A stretch of DNA of 64,000 nucleotides from Marsupella aquatica (GCA_973895155.1 OZ316897.1:23473455-23537454); one strand, 5' to 3'. Counted from the first letter of the stretch, positions 48,301 through 61,444 are shown. Program-made: numbers and translations. The notes: generated by a model from the letters alone, not told the origin.

Positions 48301-48755
48301 GCCTCAAACTTCCCCCACTTAAGAGTTCATATGTGACTTACTCCCAATAGGAGACCAATATATTTAAGACTTGTATTTTTACCCCCCTTGAAACATATCC
48401 AAAATGACTATAAATGTAACATTGGTGGTGGCACTCTTTCCCTTAGAAGAAAGCAGGAGGGTTTTAATGAGACCACACCAATGGATACCAATTATGTACT
48501 ACATTGATCTATCATTTACGGTTAGATGTTAACCCTAGTGTGGTTGCATTATCTATGATAAAACAACCAAGGGGGAGTGTTGTAACCCATAGGTTAGGTC
48601 AACATCCAACCCTAGTTAGGGTATTAAGGTAGTTACTATAACTACCACTACATCTATACCTAGGGAGGTGTTAGTAAACCCCCATGAATGGATGAACCTT
48701 GATTGTTGGTGTACTTGACATTCTCTCTCCTAAGAATTATCTCCACCTCTCAACA
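45384..48755 (+). mobile_element. Non-autonomous Ty1/copia (Bianca-type) LTR element
   Basis: 178-bp LTRs at 45384-45561 and 48578-48755 with one mismatch seen, TSD ACTTT, PBS CGTTATCAGCACG, PPT AAGGGGGAG. No long internal ORF. Confidence 0.9.
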
Positions 48756-49547
48756 ACTTTATGTTTTTTTTTACTTGGAAACACCAATTATTGGAATATC
48801 AAGAAATACTTAGTGTTTCAACTGACTCGCAGGCCAGAGTGGAATCTTCGTGAGAGGTTTCACCTACGAAGGAAATTTTTGAGGAAAGTCCTTGTTACCC
48901 CTGAGAAACCGTTTGTATTGCCTTCATACGTAGAGTATGCCGCTCGCAAAGAAGAGAGTAGGAGAACCTTTACCTGGGAGAACAAACTAAGGCTTACGAT
49001 TGAGATGAGGTTCAGATAAAAAGTTTATCCGTCATCCCTTTGTCAACAACATGGCACATAATGAATTTATAGACGATGAAGCAAAGTCTACGGATAGATC
49101 GGAGAGTAGTGGGCCCGGTAGTGGGTCAGAATCTGGAGATTAGAATAGAATAGATGAGGTGTATTCATCCTTTTTTAACAAATTACCTCCTCCAAATTAG
49201 TAGCACCCGGTGCTACTTATTATACTCATCACATTGCTTTATATAAATACAAAGTGGGAAAGGTTTGATTTTCCATAAATCATTTTTGGAAGTCAAGTGT
49301 ACTGAAATGCTGCTATAAATGTTAGTACATGTACTAATGTATGATGAAAATCCAAATGTCCGTGACTGTGATACTTAATCGTTATACTGACTGGAAGTTT
49401 CTCTTTATTGGGGAAAGAAACAGAAAATTTAGGGTAGAGGTTTAGCTCGCACCCTCTACGTTCAACACCCTCTCCGTTTGACACCCTCAGTCTCCGTTCA
49501 AGAATTTCCAGTAGCTCCTTTGCCATTCGCGCTGCAAAGACGTTGCT

Positions 49548-52500
49548 TGTGGTGCGTCCCATGGCTCCCTAAACCCAAGAAACCCCTCTCACAAGCCGAT
49601 TCCCGCAGGTTTCGCTCTTGGCGAGGCCGATTTCGTGGCTTTAGCGGCATGCGACGCTGCTAACATCCTTCTACTACTATTGCTATTAACAGTTTATTCA
49701 CATATACTGGACAGATCCTTCATCGGGTCATGAGATACATAGCTGGCCTAATCTAGGCCTTCCCTTGTATTCTCCTCCTTTTCTTTAGGTATATTTGGAT
49801 TTTGCCGCCGGAATGATCCCCAATTGGCTTGGTTAAGCCGCTAAGACCTCTCTCAGCTCGACACATCCAACTCTCACTCCCTTGCTTACTTCCCTTCTAT
49901 TAGTTGATGTGGGCACTCTTCACACAAGTTAATGCGACACACAAATAGCAAAATGACTCCTTCTGACTGAGTTATACCATGCACTTGCCATACAAATAGT
50001 ACATCTCATACACAAGTTCTGCGAACTAAGCCGTGAGGCCAACTCTATTCAACTCTTAGGCATGAGGAAACATGAATATACACAATGGTCACTGTATAAC
50101 TAACCAAGAGCTTCTCTTACTACTTGATCCCAGCTCTGCTGGTGCAACTAAAAACTTGCTAAAGAAGAGGCCCTGGACTCCCCGCTGCCCACGTACTTAT
50201 CCTGGTAGTGGATCCGCCAATTCTTAGCAGCGTAAGCTTAATATATCCTACCTGTAATCTACCTAACTGCAATCTACTTATGTACAACGAGGCAGGAGCA
50301 CAAGTGTTGCTCCTACCAGTGGATCCGCAATCCCACTAATCTAAGTGTCAGGGCCGTCTCCTGGTCCTGATCCTCAACCTAAACTTGGAGATCCGAGCCC
50401 GCCCTGCCCACTCACGCTCCTACCTCCACGTCCACCCTTCCTAAAAGGAACGACGCCCTTGCACCGTCACGACACCGGTGGTGGATCCTCAATGGACGCC
50501 CCCAACGCTTCCCCCGCAGCCACTGCCGTCGGTCCTTCCTCTGACAAATTACCTGCCCCGGACCGAGTCAACTTTTCATCGGCCTGACTGGGTCCACCTT
50601 CGGCTTCGGCATCAGTATCGGCCACGGCTTCCCCGACTATGGTCTCCTCGGTTGGCTCTAGTGGTGGGTTTGCTACCACGGTTTCATCAATAGTTGTCCC
50701 GGCCTCAGCCTTGCCATCCCCACCTTCCTTGACATGTGGATCCATTGTTGTGACCATGCCGGAAGTTGGTGTTGGGTTTACCTCCTTGGTCCCGACGGCT
50801 TGAGGAGCCGTAGTACTCCCTGACCCAGAAGGTTTCCGCTTCTTCTTCTTCTTCTTCTTTGGTTTGGCAGCTGGCCCCTTCCCCTTGCCACTTACCTCCG
50901 GCACCGGTGCGAGTGTCTCGGCTTCTCCTTCGGCCAGTACTACACCAGGTAACTTGGTTGCCCCAATTGGAGTTGGTCCTGAGGAAGCCAAGCACTTAAA
51001 TACTGCGGCCTGTTTCTTCAGCCGCTCCGTTTGGTTGTCGGCTCGCCGCTGTAAGTTCTCCATCTTCCGCGTGCTTTCCTCCAACTCCTCCTGCAATTCA
51101 TCCAAGTCCTTTCTTGCCTCCTTCAGCTCCTTCTGGGCTTCCTCCAACTCTTTCTTTAAGGTAGCCCTCTCCTCCTGGGTTGCTCTCAGCTCCTTGTCGA
51201 GCTCCGCCACGACCTCAGACTCCATTTTATTCATCTTGGCATAAGTCTGGTCGAGCTGGTCATCTTTCTCACGGAGGTCGGCTTTGAAGCTGGCCGTCAT
51301 GGATGCGAGCTCCTGCCGCAGCACAATAATCGCCTGATAGGATTTCCCTAACTCGGCCTCCTTCTGCTCTAGGGCTCCGCGGATATCCTCGAGTTCCCCC
51401 TTCAACGCCCTCTCCCTTCTCTGAGTCTCCGCCATGGCCCGGTTGTTGGCTGCTATGTGGGCCTCCTTTGCGTCCCTCGCTTCCACTTCTCCCTATCTTT
51501 GACCGCCTCGGCCAACTCTCCTTGGCTCTGAGTCAGTTTATCCTTGATAATCTGATTATCAGACTGCGCGGTATCCAACTGCCCTTGCATGATGTTTAGC
51601 TCATGCCGTTTAATCCGTAGCTCATCTTGAGATTTCTTGGACGCCTTCAAGTCTTTTACCTCGGCTTCCCTCTCCCTAAGCCGCCGGATGATCTCGTCCT
51701 TCTTGCTTCTCTCCAAAGCCACCGCTTCTTCTAATTGGTGCTTCTCCAACATCTCCCTCTGGAAAAAGGGTCCCTGCTCCAACTCCTCCCCAAAGATGCT
51801 GAGCGCCAGGTCCCCACACATCTCCCCGTACTCCATGGCTCTATCTTTAGCATAGGTGGAGTAACTAGAAATCATCGGCATCAACCACCTCGGCCTCTGT
51901 TCCCAAGCCGTCTTGCGGATTTCTTCTATGGTGGCAAGAGGGTTGCTTCTTTTTTCGGCAAGCCGCCTGATGTCCTCCGACCAATCTCTTCCTGGTAAAT
52001 CTTTCTCTCTAGCCAGGGCTGCCTTCTCTTTCTCTTTGAGTCGCTCCTGAAACTCTTGTGTCGTCTGTCTTATGCCGTCAAAACTCGGGGGAGCGACATC
52101 TGGTGGGGGAGACTCGAGGCTGCTCTGCTGGGTCGGGTCCCCTCGAACTACTCTTGGAAGAGTGGGAATGAACCTGCCACAGGTCCTTACTCTTGGAACA
52201 TGATGGTCCGACCCATAGCCGGAGTTATCATTGCTGTAGTCCTCCACCGCCTCCTCCATTGCTTGGACTCCCGGCTTCCCCCTCTGTTCTCCTGGTCCTG
52301 CCATGAACACAACCCCACAGATCACGGGTTCTGGATCCTCCGGCTTCCACGTTGATCTCATCTTCTCCCTGTCGTGACCAGGGGCCTCGAGCTGCTTCTC
52401 CTTGGCTTCGGGACTTGAAGCTCCTATATACATTCGGACTCCCAGCTCATGTTCCGACCTCCTTCTCTCCTTGGCTCCGGTAAAGGGGTTTTCCCTGGTA

Positions 52501-54609
52501 AGTTGGCTAAATCACCCTATTCATTAAAAGTGTATTTTATTTTGTTCACTTTTAGGCCTCGAAATGTACACTTTTTGGTCTCTAAATGTACACTTTTTAA
52601 CCCCAAAAGGTACACTATAGTACAATACTCTACACCTAAATAGTCAATTGTAAATTTGAGGGAGAAAAAATGATCTTTACTAGAAGGAGTCTCATCCTAG
52701 TTCAGTTATAAAAGATGAACATGGTGGTATGTTTGATGGCCATCACCTCTATTTCTTGCCCAAATGTACACTTTTTGAAAGCCAAATGTACACTTTCTAT
52801 TGCCGAAATGTTCACAAATTGAATAATAATTCACTTTTAATGAATAGATTGATCTAAGGCAGACTTTGGAAGCAGTATTCTGTGCTGTTGCCGTTGCCGT
52901 TCTTCTTTCCTTCTCCAGCAATTTCAGCAGATTTTGCATGCCTGATTGCTGCATCGGCAAGTCTTCTTTTCTTGGCCGAAACACCTGCTTGATTGTAGGA
53001 TTGTCGGGCTGGGTCGGTTTCTCTGTTGCCGGCCTCGGTTTCGGAACCTCCTCTGGTGCCCTTGCCTGCAGGGGCAGTACCGGGGCGAATATCTGGATTC
53101 GGGCATACCGGCACAACAGCGGCATGTGATAGCCAAGCCGGGACACGCTTCCCATGCCGATCACCAACTATTCCTCCTTCAAGATCTTCTTCAGTTGGTT
53201 GAGGAGGTACCTGTTGTAGTCCCGGCTTGGGTCTGACCTCTCTGCCAGGTAGACCTGTGCCTTGCCGATCTCTGCCCTCGGCAAGTTGCAATGCATGGTC
53301 ACCCACAAGAAATTGATCATCTCTCCGATGTGCGGGTTGGTGCAGGTGTTCCGGAAGAAGCCATTCTTCGTTGATGGCCTTGGAAACGACCGGAACTCCT
53401 TGTCTGGCAAGGTCTTTCTGGTCTCTACCTTGGTCTTATTGCCCATCGGCAAGCCAAACACTTCGGCAATTACCTGGGGCGTGAGATAGAAATCCTTCCC
53501 ATAGACCCTCGTGGAATTGGTCTCGGGCTCCCATGAATTCTAATAAGTCTGAATCCGGCACCTCCGGCTTCAGCCATGGTAATTTTACGAAGGCTTCCAA
53601 GCCGGATCCGGCCATGAAGCCCTGGTACTTCTTGGTCTGCATGGCCGTAAAGCATGCATCCTCCCCCCGTGCAAAATGCAATTGCACCTCTTCTGGTAGG
53701 GTCGTCGCCTAGCCTTTCCAGGTGTCATCCTTTGTTGGAATGGCGTTGATGGGATCGACCTCCTCCTCCTTGGCTTCCGCCTACCTCCTGCTTCCCTGCT
53801 CTGCTGGCTTCCTTGGTGCCGCCGACCTCGTTCTTTTTGCCGGGGTGGCCTCTTTGTTGTTGTTTCCTTTCCTCTTCATCTCGGCTGCCGTGGATGTTTC
53901 TCCTAGCACGGTTGCCTTTGTCCACCCCTCCGTGCTACCCTTCAACTCCCAGTGTATGTCGTTGCAGCGGTTGATGGCTTTCCAAATGCCGACGATCCTA
54001 TTTTCGCAAAGCAGAAGGTCGTCGAGCTGATTGGCAGTAGGACTCCACAAGAACTTGGCCTTGATGAATTCTCCTCCTAAGAAGGCAGATTTTTGCAGCT
54101 CCCACAGTCGAGCTAGCTCTTGCCGTTCTCGAGCTGCTCTCTCCGATTCTTTGTCCTTGTAAGTCCCAATGTACTCAGTTGCCCGTTCGAACAGGCATCC
54201 CCAAAAATGTGCCACTTGATTGACGTTGCTCATACCCTCCTTGAGTCGTTCGTTGGTATCTGCTCCCACCCAGAGTGCTTGTCTAAGCAGCTAACAATAG
54301 TTGGCCTCCCGTAGTCGTCTGCCCAGGTCGTGCTTGCAAATGAGCCACCATTCCTCACGAGCTGTCCTTACCCCTCTCCTCCTCTGGTCTTCCCTACCGT
54401 TGGTTACCCCTAGCCGCCGACACTTAGTGCGCACTAACCCTAATCGTATTCTCTCCCCCGGCGTCCTTACTTCCGGCCTTGGCCCGGGTTCCATAGTCAC
54501 CCTTAATTGTTTATATTTTCCTCATTATTGTAACTATACTAAGGTGTTTCTAGGGTACACTTCCGTTTTCCCACTTAACCGGCCTAGTGATTCCTGGTTT
54601 GGCATCACA
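49548..54609 (-). mobile_element. 4.7-kb LTR-like unit, copy 3 (complete, with MITE insertion)
   Basis: Termini TGTGATGCC...GCACCACA on the minus strand; flanks TTGCT/TTGTT (5-bp TSD with one mismatch); fragmented ORF at 50467-54269. Confidence 0.88.
52511..52853. mobile_element. MITE copy A
   Basis: TIRs ATCACCCTATTCATTAAAAGTG / CACTTTTAATGAATAGATTGAT and flanking CTAA duplication. Absent from the other unit copies at this site. Confidence 0.88.
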
Positions 54610-55659
54610 TTGTTCTAGAGACCATGGAGAAAGGGAAGCAGGTCCTTCAAGAGAGAACTTTAGGCCCCCCGAAGTTGGAGGGAAAATCTTTGAATGACTC
54701 TCTGGCTTTGGAAGTCCCCATCGTTGAGACTCCTCACTTTGAGACCTCGACTGAGAGGAATTGACTATGGCTGGCCTCAGAAGAGGCGATAAGCCTTCAA
54801 GAAAAATCAATTCCTTTCGCTGATTTGTCTCCTCCCCGGTCTTTCCGAGAACGGTTCTCTATTCACGATCCGGATCCTTCTGATGTCTATAGGGTTGGAC
54901 AGACGGCGTTTTTCAGGGACATTCAACAGTGGACCGGGTGAGTTGGATTTTCTGATTCCAACATACCAAATTGCAGGTTGAGGAGTCGCCTTCCAGGACC
55001 ACGTTTTTTGTCTGAGCGGGATGATGGATTTTGTCAAGATGAGGATCAGTTCACTATCGGACTCAATGACGAGTGTGGATCATTGACGTCTTGAGATTGT
55101 AGGAAATCTAGAGTCTTTTTGAAGACTTACAAGATAGTATATAGCGCCTGGCGCTATCGCCATCACAGAAGGAAGGAGTTAGGGTGCAGTGTCGATCCTT
55201 GATGGTTTGTTTCTAGCTTACGACTTCCTTGTTGTTTAGTCTTTTTTACCACTCGTGAGCTCTCTTGACATTTTGGAGCTTGAAGTCAGAATAGGTATCA
55301 TCACCTTCCCTTACGTTTGTGCCACAATGTAAAGCACTAGCCGGATTATTTCTTGGACGAAGTTATATGTTAGTTACCCGGAGCGCCTTTGGGATTAGTT
55401 TGTTCAGCGACGTATTCCTGGATGTTTTGGATACTGTGACATGGGTTTTAAAGTAGCGCCAGGCGCTACTAGTATATCTCAACATTTTGACACACTTTAA
55501 TTTGAAGGACCATTCTTTACATGTTATCTCGATCCTTTTTTATATGGCAAATATTGTGTGAATTTCCACACTTATTTTACTGTTATGTTTTCTTATTTCT
55601 TGTTACTGTTTCCTATTTCCTATCACGGAGAAAAACCTTGATGGATTGTGCTTGACTCT

Positions 55660-56466
55660 TTACAGCTGTCTCAGCTTTGGACCCAAAGTTGCGTTCTACT
55701 CTTCTTGTGGCGTAGTGCACACCCAAAATTTGCAAGCAATTTTTCCATCTGTCGAGTATGAACGACAAACCTGTAAAACAATGGTGTCATACATGGCACA
55801 TGTGGAGTTAGATATAAGGAATTTCAATAGGGATGTTGCAAACTGCTCTCAGACAAGTGGATAGAAGGAATTTCAATAGGGATGTTGCAAATTGCTCTCA
55901 GACAAGTTGAATCTATCATGCCTCCTGAACAACTTGTGACAGCAGGTGTAGAAACTTTTGATGCTTTGGTGCAGAGCGTTTGTAATGATTTTAAAATTTA
56001 TGGAGATACAATGAAGGCCAAGTATTTCAGCACAATGTGGGCGTCGAAGTATGGGGAGAAAGAAGATTTTACTTGATCCCAAAACCAAAAGCGGCAAAGA
56101 GATATCTTTATTGGTTCTTCATGTCCATGGAGAGCGCTTCTCCTAAATATTTATAGGCTTATCCTCCTGCATTCCAAAGGTGGTCCGTCATGGATGAGGA
56201 TGCTTTCAATGAGGTTTACTTGATGTATCCTGCAGACGGAGCCAATCCTCCATGTAACATTTCTGAGTGGGAGCAACGAACTGTCCTTGGTACCTCAATA
56301 CTGATAAGTGGGATACAACTTTTGATGAATCTAAGAAAGACGCTTTTTGGAAATTGTCCAAATCTTTAGTTCCTCGCAAATTGTTATCAAAAATGAAGGA
56401 AGGATTAGTGGGAGATGTTGAAGCTTCTGCAATGGAGCTTCAAAAAATATGTGAGACAGAAGTCAC
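55660..56466 (+). pseudogene. Third fragment of the ParB-MTase family gene (middle region)
   Basis: QVESI..KYFSTMW..SEWEQ.NCPWYLNTDKWDTTFD resembles QVESI..RFFKQIW..SEWEILHCPWYLDSDKWS.TFD at 30300-30800. Confidence 0.65.
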
Positions 56467-57231
56467 TGTGACACCGATGATATGGTCCTTATTCTATAAT
56501 CTGATTAACTAGGCTGTTGTATGCAAGGAGTAGCTATTGATATTGCATAACAATTAGCAAGATGGAGCATGAAGGCTCTTCAAGACGCTGGTACGGAGGT
56601 AGGCGTGGTAATTCAAGGAAGCGAGTCTCCATAGCTGAATATGAAGCTGTGTGGTATGGTGATTGTTCTCATGATAAAATCTGAATGTCTTTGGGTGTGT
56701 AGCTTCATTTTTTAATTTGGGTTAGTGGTTCATAGTCTAGTCTTAGAAAGTTAGGGAAATAAAAGCTATGTTGCGGGTGGTCGGCGACCATATCTCTTTC
56801 AATACGTCACCAAATCCAGATCTGTAAACAGCATTGGAAAGATCTGGTCAAGGCGAGTAAAATCGATATAAAACACTTGGGAAACGGAGGTGTATTAAGA
56901 AAGATACAGCCTGATTAGTGTGACAGATTAACTTGTGGCCGGAATGAGCGGATTCGGCTTCGGTTTCGGGTTACCCTAAGCTGAGGCCACAACTTAGCTC
57001 AGGTCAGCACGGCTTCAGCTTATCTCAGGTCAGCATAGCTTCAGCTTAGCTCAGGTTAACACGGCTTCAGCTTAGGCTTAACCCGAACCCGGGTTAGATT
57101 GAGCCCGGGTTAGACAGAACTTCGGTTAGCCTAAGCTCGGGTTCGGGCTCAGCTTAGCCTAGGTTAGCGGATAGCGGGTAGCGGCCTAACCCGAGACCAC
57201 GGGTTAGCTCTAGTCGGGTTAGATAGGATAG
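56467..57231 (+). repeat. LTR 5'-end fragment (TGTGACACCG...) with 26-bp tandem repeats
   Basis: Inverted homolog at 59553-60248; CTCAGGTCAGCACGGCTTCAGCTTAG repeats. Confidence 0.65.
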
Positions 57232-57850
57232 TGTGATGCCCTCGGTACAACGGGTAATGAGTGATTCGGTCTAACCGTGCTTAGCACGCGCGTTAGGGGT
57301 ATCTTTGGCCGTTATTATTAGCATAACGATAGTATTTAGGTAGCCATTATGAGTAGGAAATCATTAGTCAATAAGGGGAATTCATGTTCGGGCTGGCGGC
57401 GGGTCGCCACTCGCACGCCCGGACTGCGAGAGTGTAATGGGCCCCCTTTCCCCCTCCCTCGGGTCCGTATAACGAACTCCGGGAGGCGGCCACTAACACG
57501 AGCTGACCCGTACCAGCGAAGGGGCCGGTACACTGCGAGCGTGAAAGGCTTGGCCTATAAGCGACGAGGAGGCGTCGGGCGATCGACAAGCTCTCAGGGT
57601 ATAAAAGGGGGCCGATCCTTTGTAGTGCACCAGTTCTTCAGTCCATGCGCCAGCTTCGATCCCGACTCTCTCGCTTTTTCCTTAGTCACCTGCTATCTCC
57701 TCTAAATGTTGCACACGATCCTTTCCAGTTTGGCCATACAATTCTGGACTCAGTTCCTGTCTATCGGAGGGCACTTGGCTGACTCATTGAAACACGCCAA
57801 CCCGCGCCGATACGAGATCGAACGTGTCACGCGATTGACATGGGTCTTAA
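57232..57850 (+). repeat. Probable LTR of another gypsy family (TGTGATGCCC start, TATA box at ~57600); end uncertain
   Basis: Abruptly interrupts the preceding LTR; contains GGGTATAAAAGGGGG. Confidence 0.45.
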
Positions 57851-59552
57851 CACCAAAGACGTCACTATGGGTGCCAAAACCATCTCCTTGTACCTGAGGA
57901 TCACGAAGGGATGCTGTGAAGGCCGGCAAACACCAATTTATGCCCTTAACACCAGACTATCATAACAAGACTCTGTCACACATCACCCAAGCTCAATCCC
58001 TAAGAACCAAGGTTGGGAATCAGATCCATGCTCATGATAGTTCTGGTGATAAGGGGTCTTCATATCGGGCCCGTACACACAGGGCCTAGCGCTACGGTGA
58101 GCATATGTCTATACGTATGTTTACTGTCATAGGTATATTTCTATTCCGCCGCCGGAATGTACCCATAAACCAGTGACTCCTGACTGATTCCCGACTTAGG
58201 GACTTCTAAGCCATTGCCCCACCACTCTGCCATTCCACTCTCAACAATCAGAGCTATGACAGTCCTCACCCAGCCCGCTTCAATGCACCCTGTACACCTC
58301 TCAGTGGCGCTGCTAGTCCCATCATACACTCAGATTGCCTCACACACACACACATCCATGAGAGAAATGAGGCCTGAGAGGAAAACTCAATTAGATTCAA
58401 AGATGTGCACAATATTTCACTGAGAATACTTGATCCGAACACTAGGCCCGAAGGCTGTCTCCTCCAGATTGCGACGTGCTTGCCATGCAAGCTCAATCCT
58501 GAACCTGAGCCCGGCTCACTCCAGATTGAGACGGCAGATTGGACTCGAACCAATCCCGTACTTGCCTTGCAAACTCAATCCTGAACTCAACCTCCTTCAC
58601 TGCACTTCATTCTTGGGGGCACATACAGATCTCACACCTCCATTTCCGAATGTCAAGTTACGCATGCACAGTTGACTCGATTTCAAAGCTGGTACCAGGC
58701 CTAATGACGATCTATCCCAGACTGCAATGAGGCCCGGCCTCACGCTTGCCCTGCAAGCTCCGCTCTGGCCATAGATCCCTTAGTGCTCTCCACCAGACAA
58801 AGGCCGGGACTCCCCATGGATCACGTAGCCTTGCCAGACCGAACTGTAAATGCTCCTTCTGCTGCCCCTCAATCAGTATCTCAGCCTCCCTAATGTGCTC
58901 ACCACAAATCAAATTGACATCCTCCCCACAGTTTACAATCACCAATACATCACCTATCACCAAGGCTCTGTATCGGGGGAAAAGAACCCAGTTGTGCTAC
59001 CCACTAGAAAGAGCCACAATCCAGCTCGCAAACCTAGCAACCGGTTGCAGCTGTGAAGCTTGGCTGATTACTCCCTGAGTAATAGCACAACCAAGCTCTC
59101 CCCAAGATGCAGCGTCCAAGTCCAGCCTTGCTTGCACAGAGCTCCTCCCTGCTGCTCAGTCTAAGTGAGATCACACAACTGAAGTCCCCCCCTTGCCTCT
59201 ACCGGGGGGCTGCTCTATATACTCTCATACTGAGCCCAAATTGGTGGATATTACGCTGCTGGAGCCCCATCCCAGCCCTAACAGAGCCGCCACTATCTCT
59301 AACTACTGAACCCTAACTCGCAACTTTATTTCTATCTCGAATTGGCTATGTTCTTCGGATTTGGCCCTCCTCCATGGTTTTTGCGAGCTTGCGCCTCCTC
59401 TCCCGATTTCTCTATTGAACCATTTGTTGCGTGGATAGCAGCGTTGGAAGCGGCTTGAGCTCCTCTTTCCAACGAGGTCAATTATAGTTGATTTGGGCAA
59501 ATACACAGAAAGTTATGCCCCCATAACCGAGAGGGGGTACTCATTGCTATGC

Positions 59553-60248
59553 TAACCCGAGTTACATAGCTAACCCGAGTTCGACTAACCTAGCTATCCT
59601 ATCTAACCCGAGTAGAGCTAACCCGTGGTCTCGGGTTAGGCCGCTACCCACTATCCGCTAACCTAGGCTGAGCCTGAACCCGAGCTTGCCTAAGCGAACC
59701 CGAGCCCGAGTTTAGGCTAACCCAAGTTCAGTCTAACCCGGGATCAATCTAATCCGAACCCGGGTTAAGCCTAAGCTGAAGCTGTGTTGACCTGAGCTAA
59801 GCTGAAGCCGTGCTTACCTGAGCTAAGCTGAAGGCATGCTTACCTGAGCTAAGCTGAAGCCGTGCTTACCTAAGCTAAGCCGTGGCCGAGCTTGGGTTAA
59901 CCCGAAACTGAAGCCGAATCCGCTAATTCCGGCCACAGGTTAACCCGTCACACTAATCAGACCGCATCTTCCTTAATACACCTCCGTTTCCTGAGTGTTT
60001 TATATCGATTTTACTCGCCTTGACCAGATCTTTCCAATGCTCTTTACAGATCCGGATTTGGTGACATATTGAAAGAGATATGGTCATCGACCACCCGCGA
60101 CATAGCTTTTATTTCCCTACTCTTAACGCCATGATTGCCCTTATTCTTGCCATCTTGCTAATTGTTATGCAATATCAATAGCTACTCCTTGCATACAGCA
60201 GCCTAGTTAATCAGATTAAAGAATAAGGACCATGTCATCGGCGTCACA
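59553..60248 (-). repeat. Inverted copy of the LTR 5'-end fragment (TGTGACGCCG...)
   Basis: Reverse complement of 56467-57231 apart from an internal indel. Confidence 0.65.
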
Positions 60249-61123
60249 GAACGCGAATACGAGAGAGCCATCCGCCTAGCAGGACGACACCACTATCTCC
60301 TTAACTTTGATTACCCATCCCAGAGCGAGCTTTACCAACCCAAAGAAGTATCAGGGTACTTCTTTGATAGAGGCAAATACATCGGCTTCTGGGAAGCATT
60401 GCTTCGGCTTCCGGATGAGGTCTTCAATATCCCGAGCACGATTGACTTGCAGCGGCACCACTTCGACCACATCCCCGCTCGGGTCCGGGCTATCATCAAC
60501 AGCGAGTTCAACACTGCCCGGTCGACAGGGCCGTCTTCACTTGCTTCGGAAAACCTCCACCGGCACCTGCAGAACTTCATGGCAACTCTACCATCAGCGA
60601 CCAGTGCCGGCCAACCCGTGCCCGTGCCCGTACCCGCACCTACACCTCCTTGGCCTCAGCCGAGCCGGTCCCCGCCACCGGTCCCACCACCTCTCTGAGT
60701 ATGATCCATGGTAAATGCGGTGAATATTAGCTCCGAAGACGAGGAGGCTCACCCTCCTCTGAATCGACGGCCGCGGGGTATGACTCAACAAGCGCCGAAC
60801 AACCCAGCACCACTCTAGCAAGCCCGAGGGGATAACACGGTAACTCTAGTGGCCTCGGCACCAATACTCACGGCAGTCGCGCTACCACCACTTGACCGAG
60901 AGGATGGAGAGATATCCCCCTCTTCTAGTCACCTCGGGAATCAGTCTCGGGGTAGGAAGAGGAAGGAGCCTGTGATGCCTAGCCAGGAATCACTGGGCTA
61001 GTTTAAGGGGAAAAGGGAAGTGTACCCTAGAAACACCTTAGTATAGTTACATAAATAAGGAAAATATAAACAATTAAGGGTGACTATGGAACCCGAGCCG
61101 AGGCCGGAAGTAAGGACGCCAGG

Positions 61124-61444
61124 ATCACCCTATTCATTAAAAGTGTATTTTATTTTGTTCACTTTTAGGCCTCGAAATGTACACTTTTTGGTCTCTAAAT
61201 GTACACTTTTTAACCCCAAAAGGTATACTATAGTACAATACTCTACACCTAAACAGTCAATTGTAAACTTGAGGGAGAAAAATTGATCTTTACTAGAAGG
61301 AGTCTCATCCTAGTTCATTTATAAAAGATGAACATGGTGGTATGTCTGATGGCCATCACCTTTATTTCTTGCTCAAATGTACACTTTCTATTGCCCAAAT
61401 GTTCATAAATTGAATAATAATTCACTTTTAATGAATAGATTGAT
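61124..61444. mobile_element. MITE copy B
   Basis: Same TIRs and body as 52511-52853; flanking CAGG duplication. Confidence 0.88.

Noticed and set aside
57850-59550. Possible coding region between the inverted LTR ends
   Set aside because: Only short ORFs with no RT, integrase or transposase motifs I can recognise.
60950-60970. Purine run GGTAGGAAGAGGAAGGAGCC as a PPT for unit copy 4
   Set aside because: It reads as GRKRKEP within an upstream decayed coding-like segment, and no integrase lies upstream. Probably target sequence, though not excluded.
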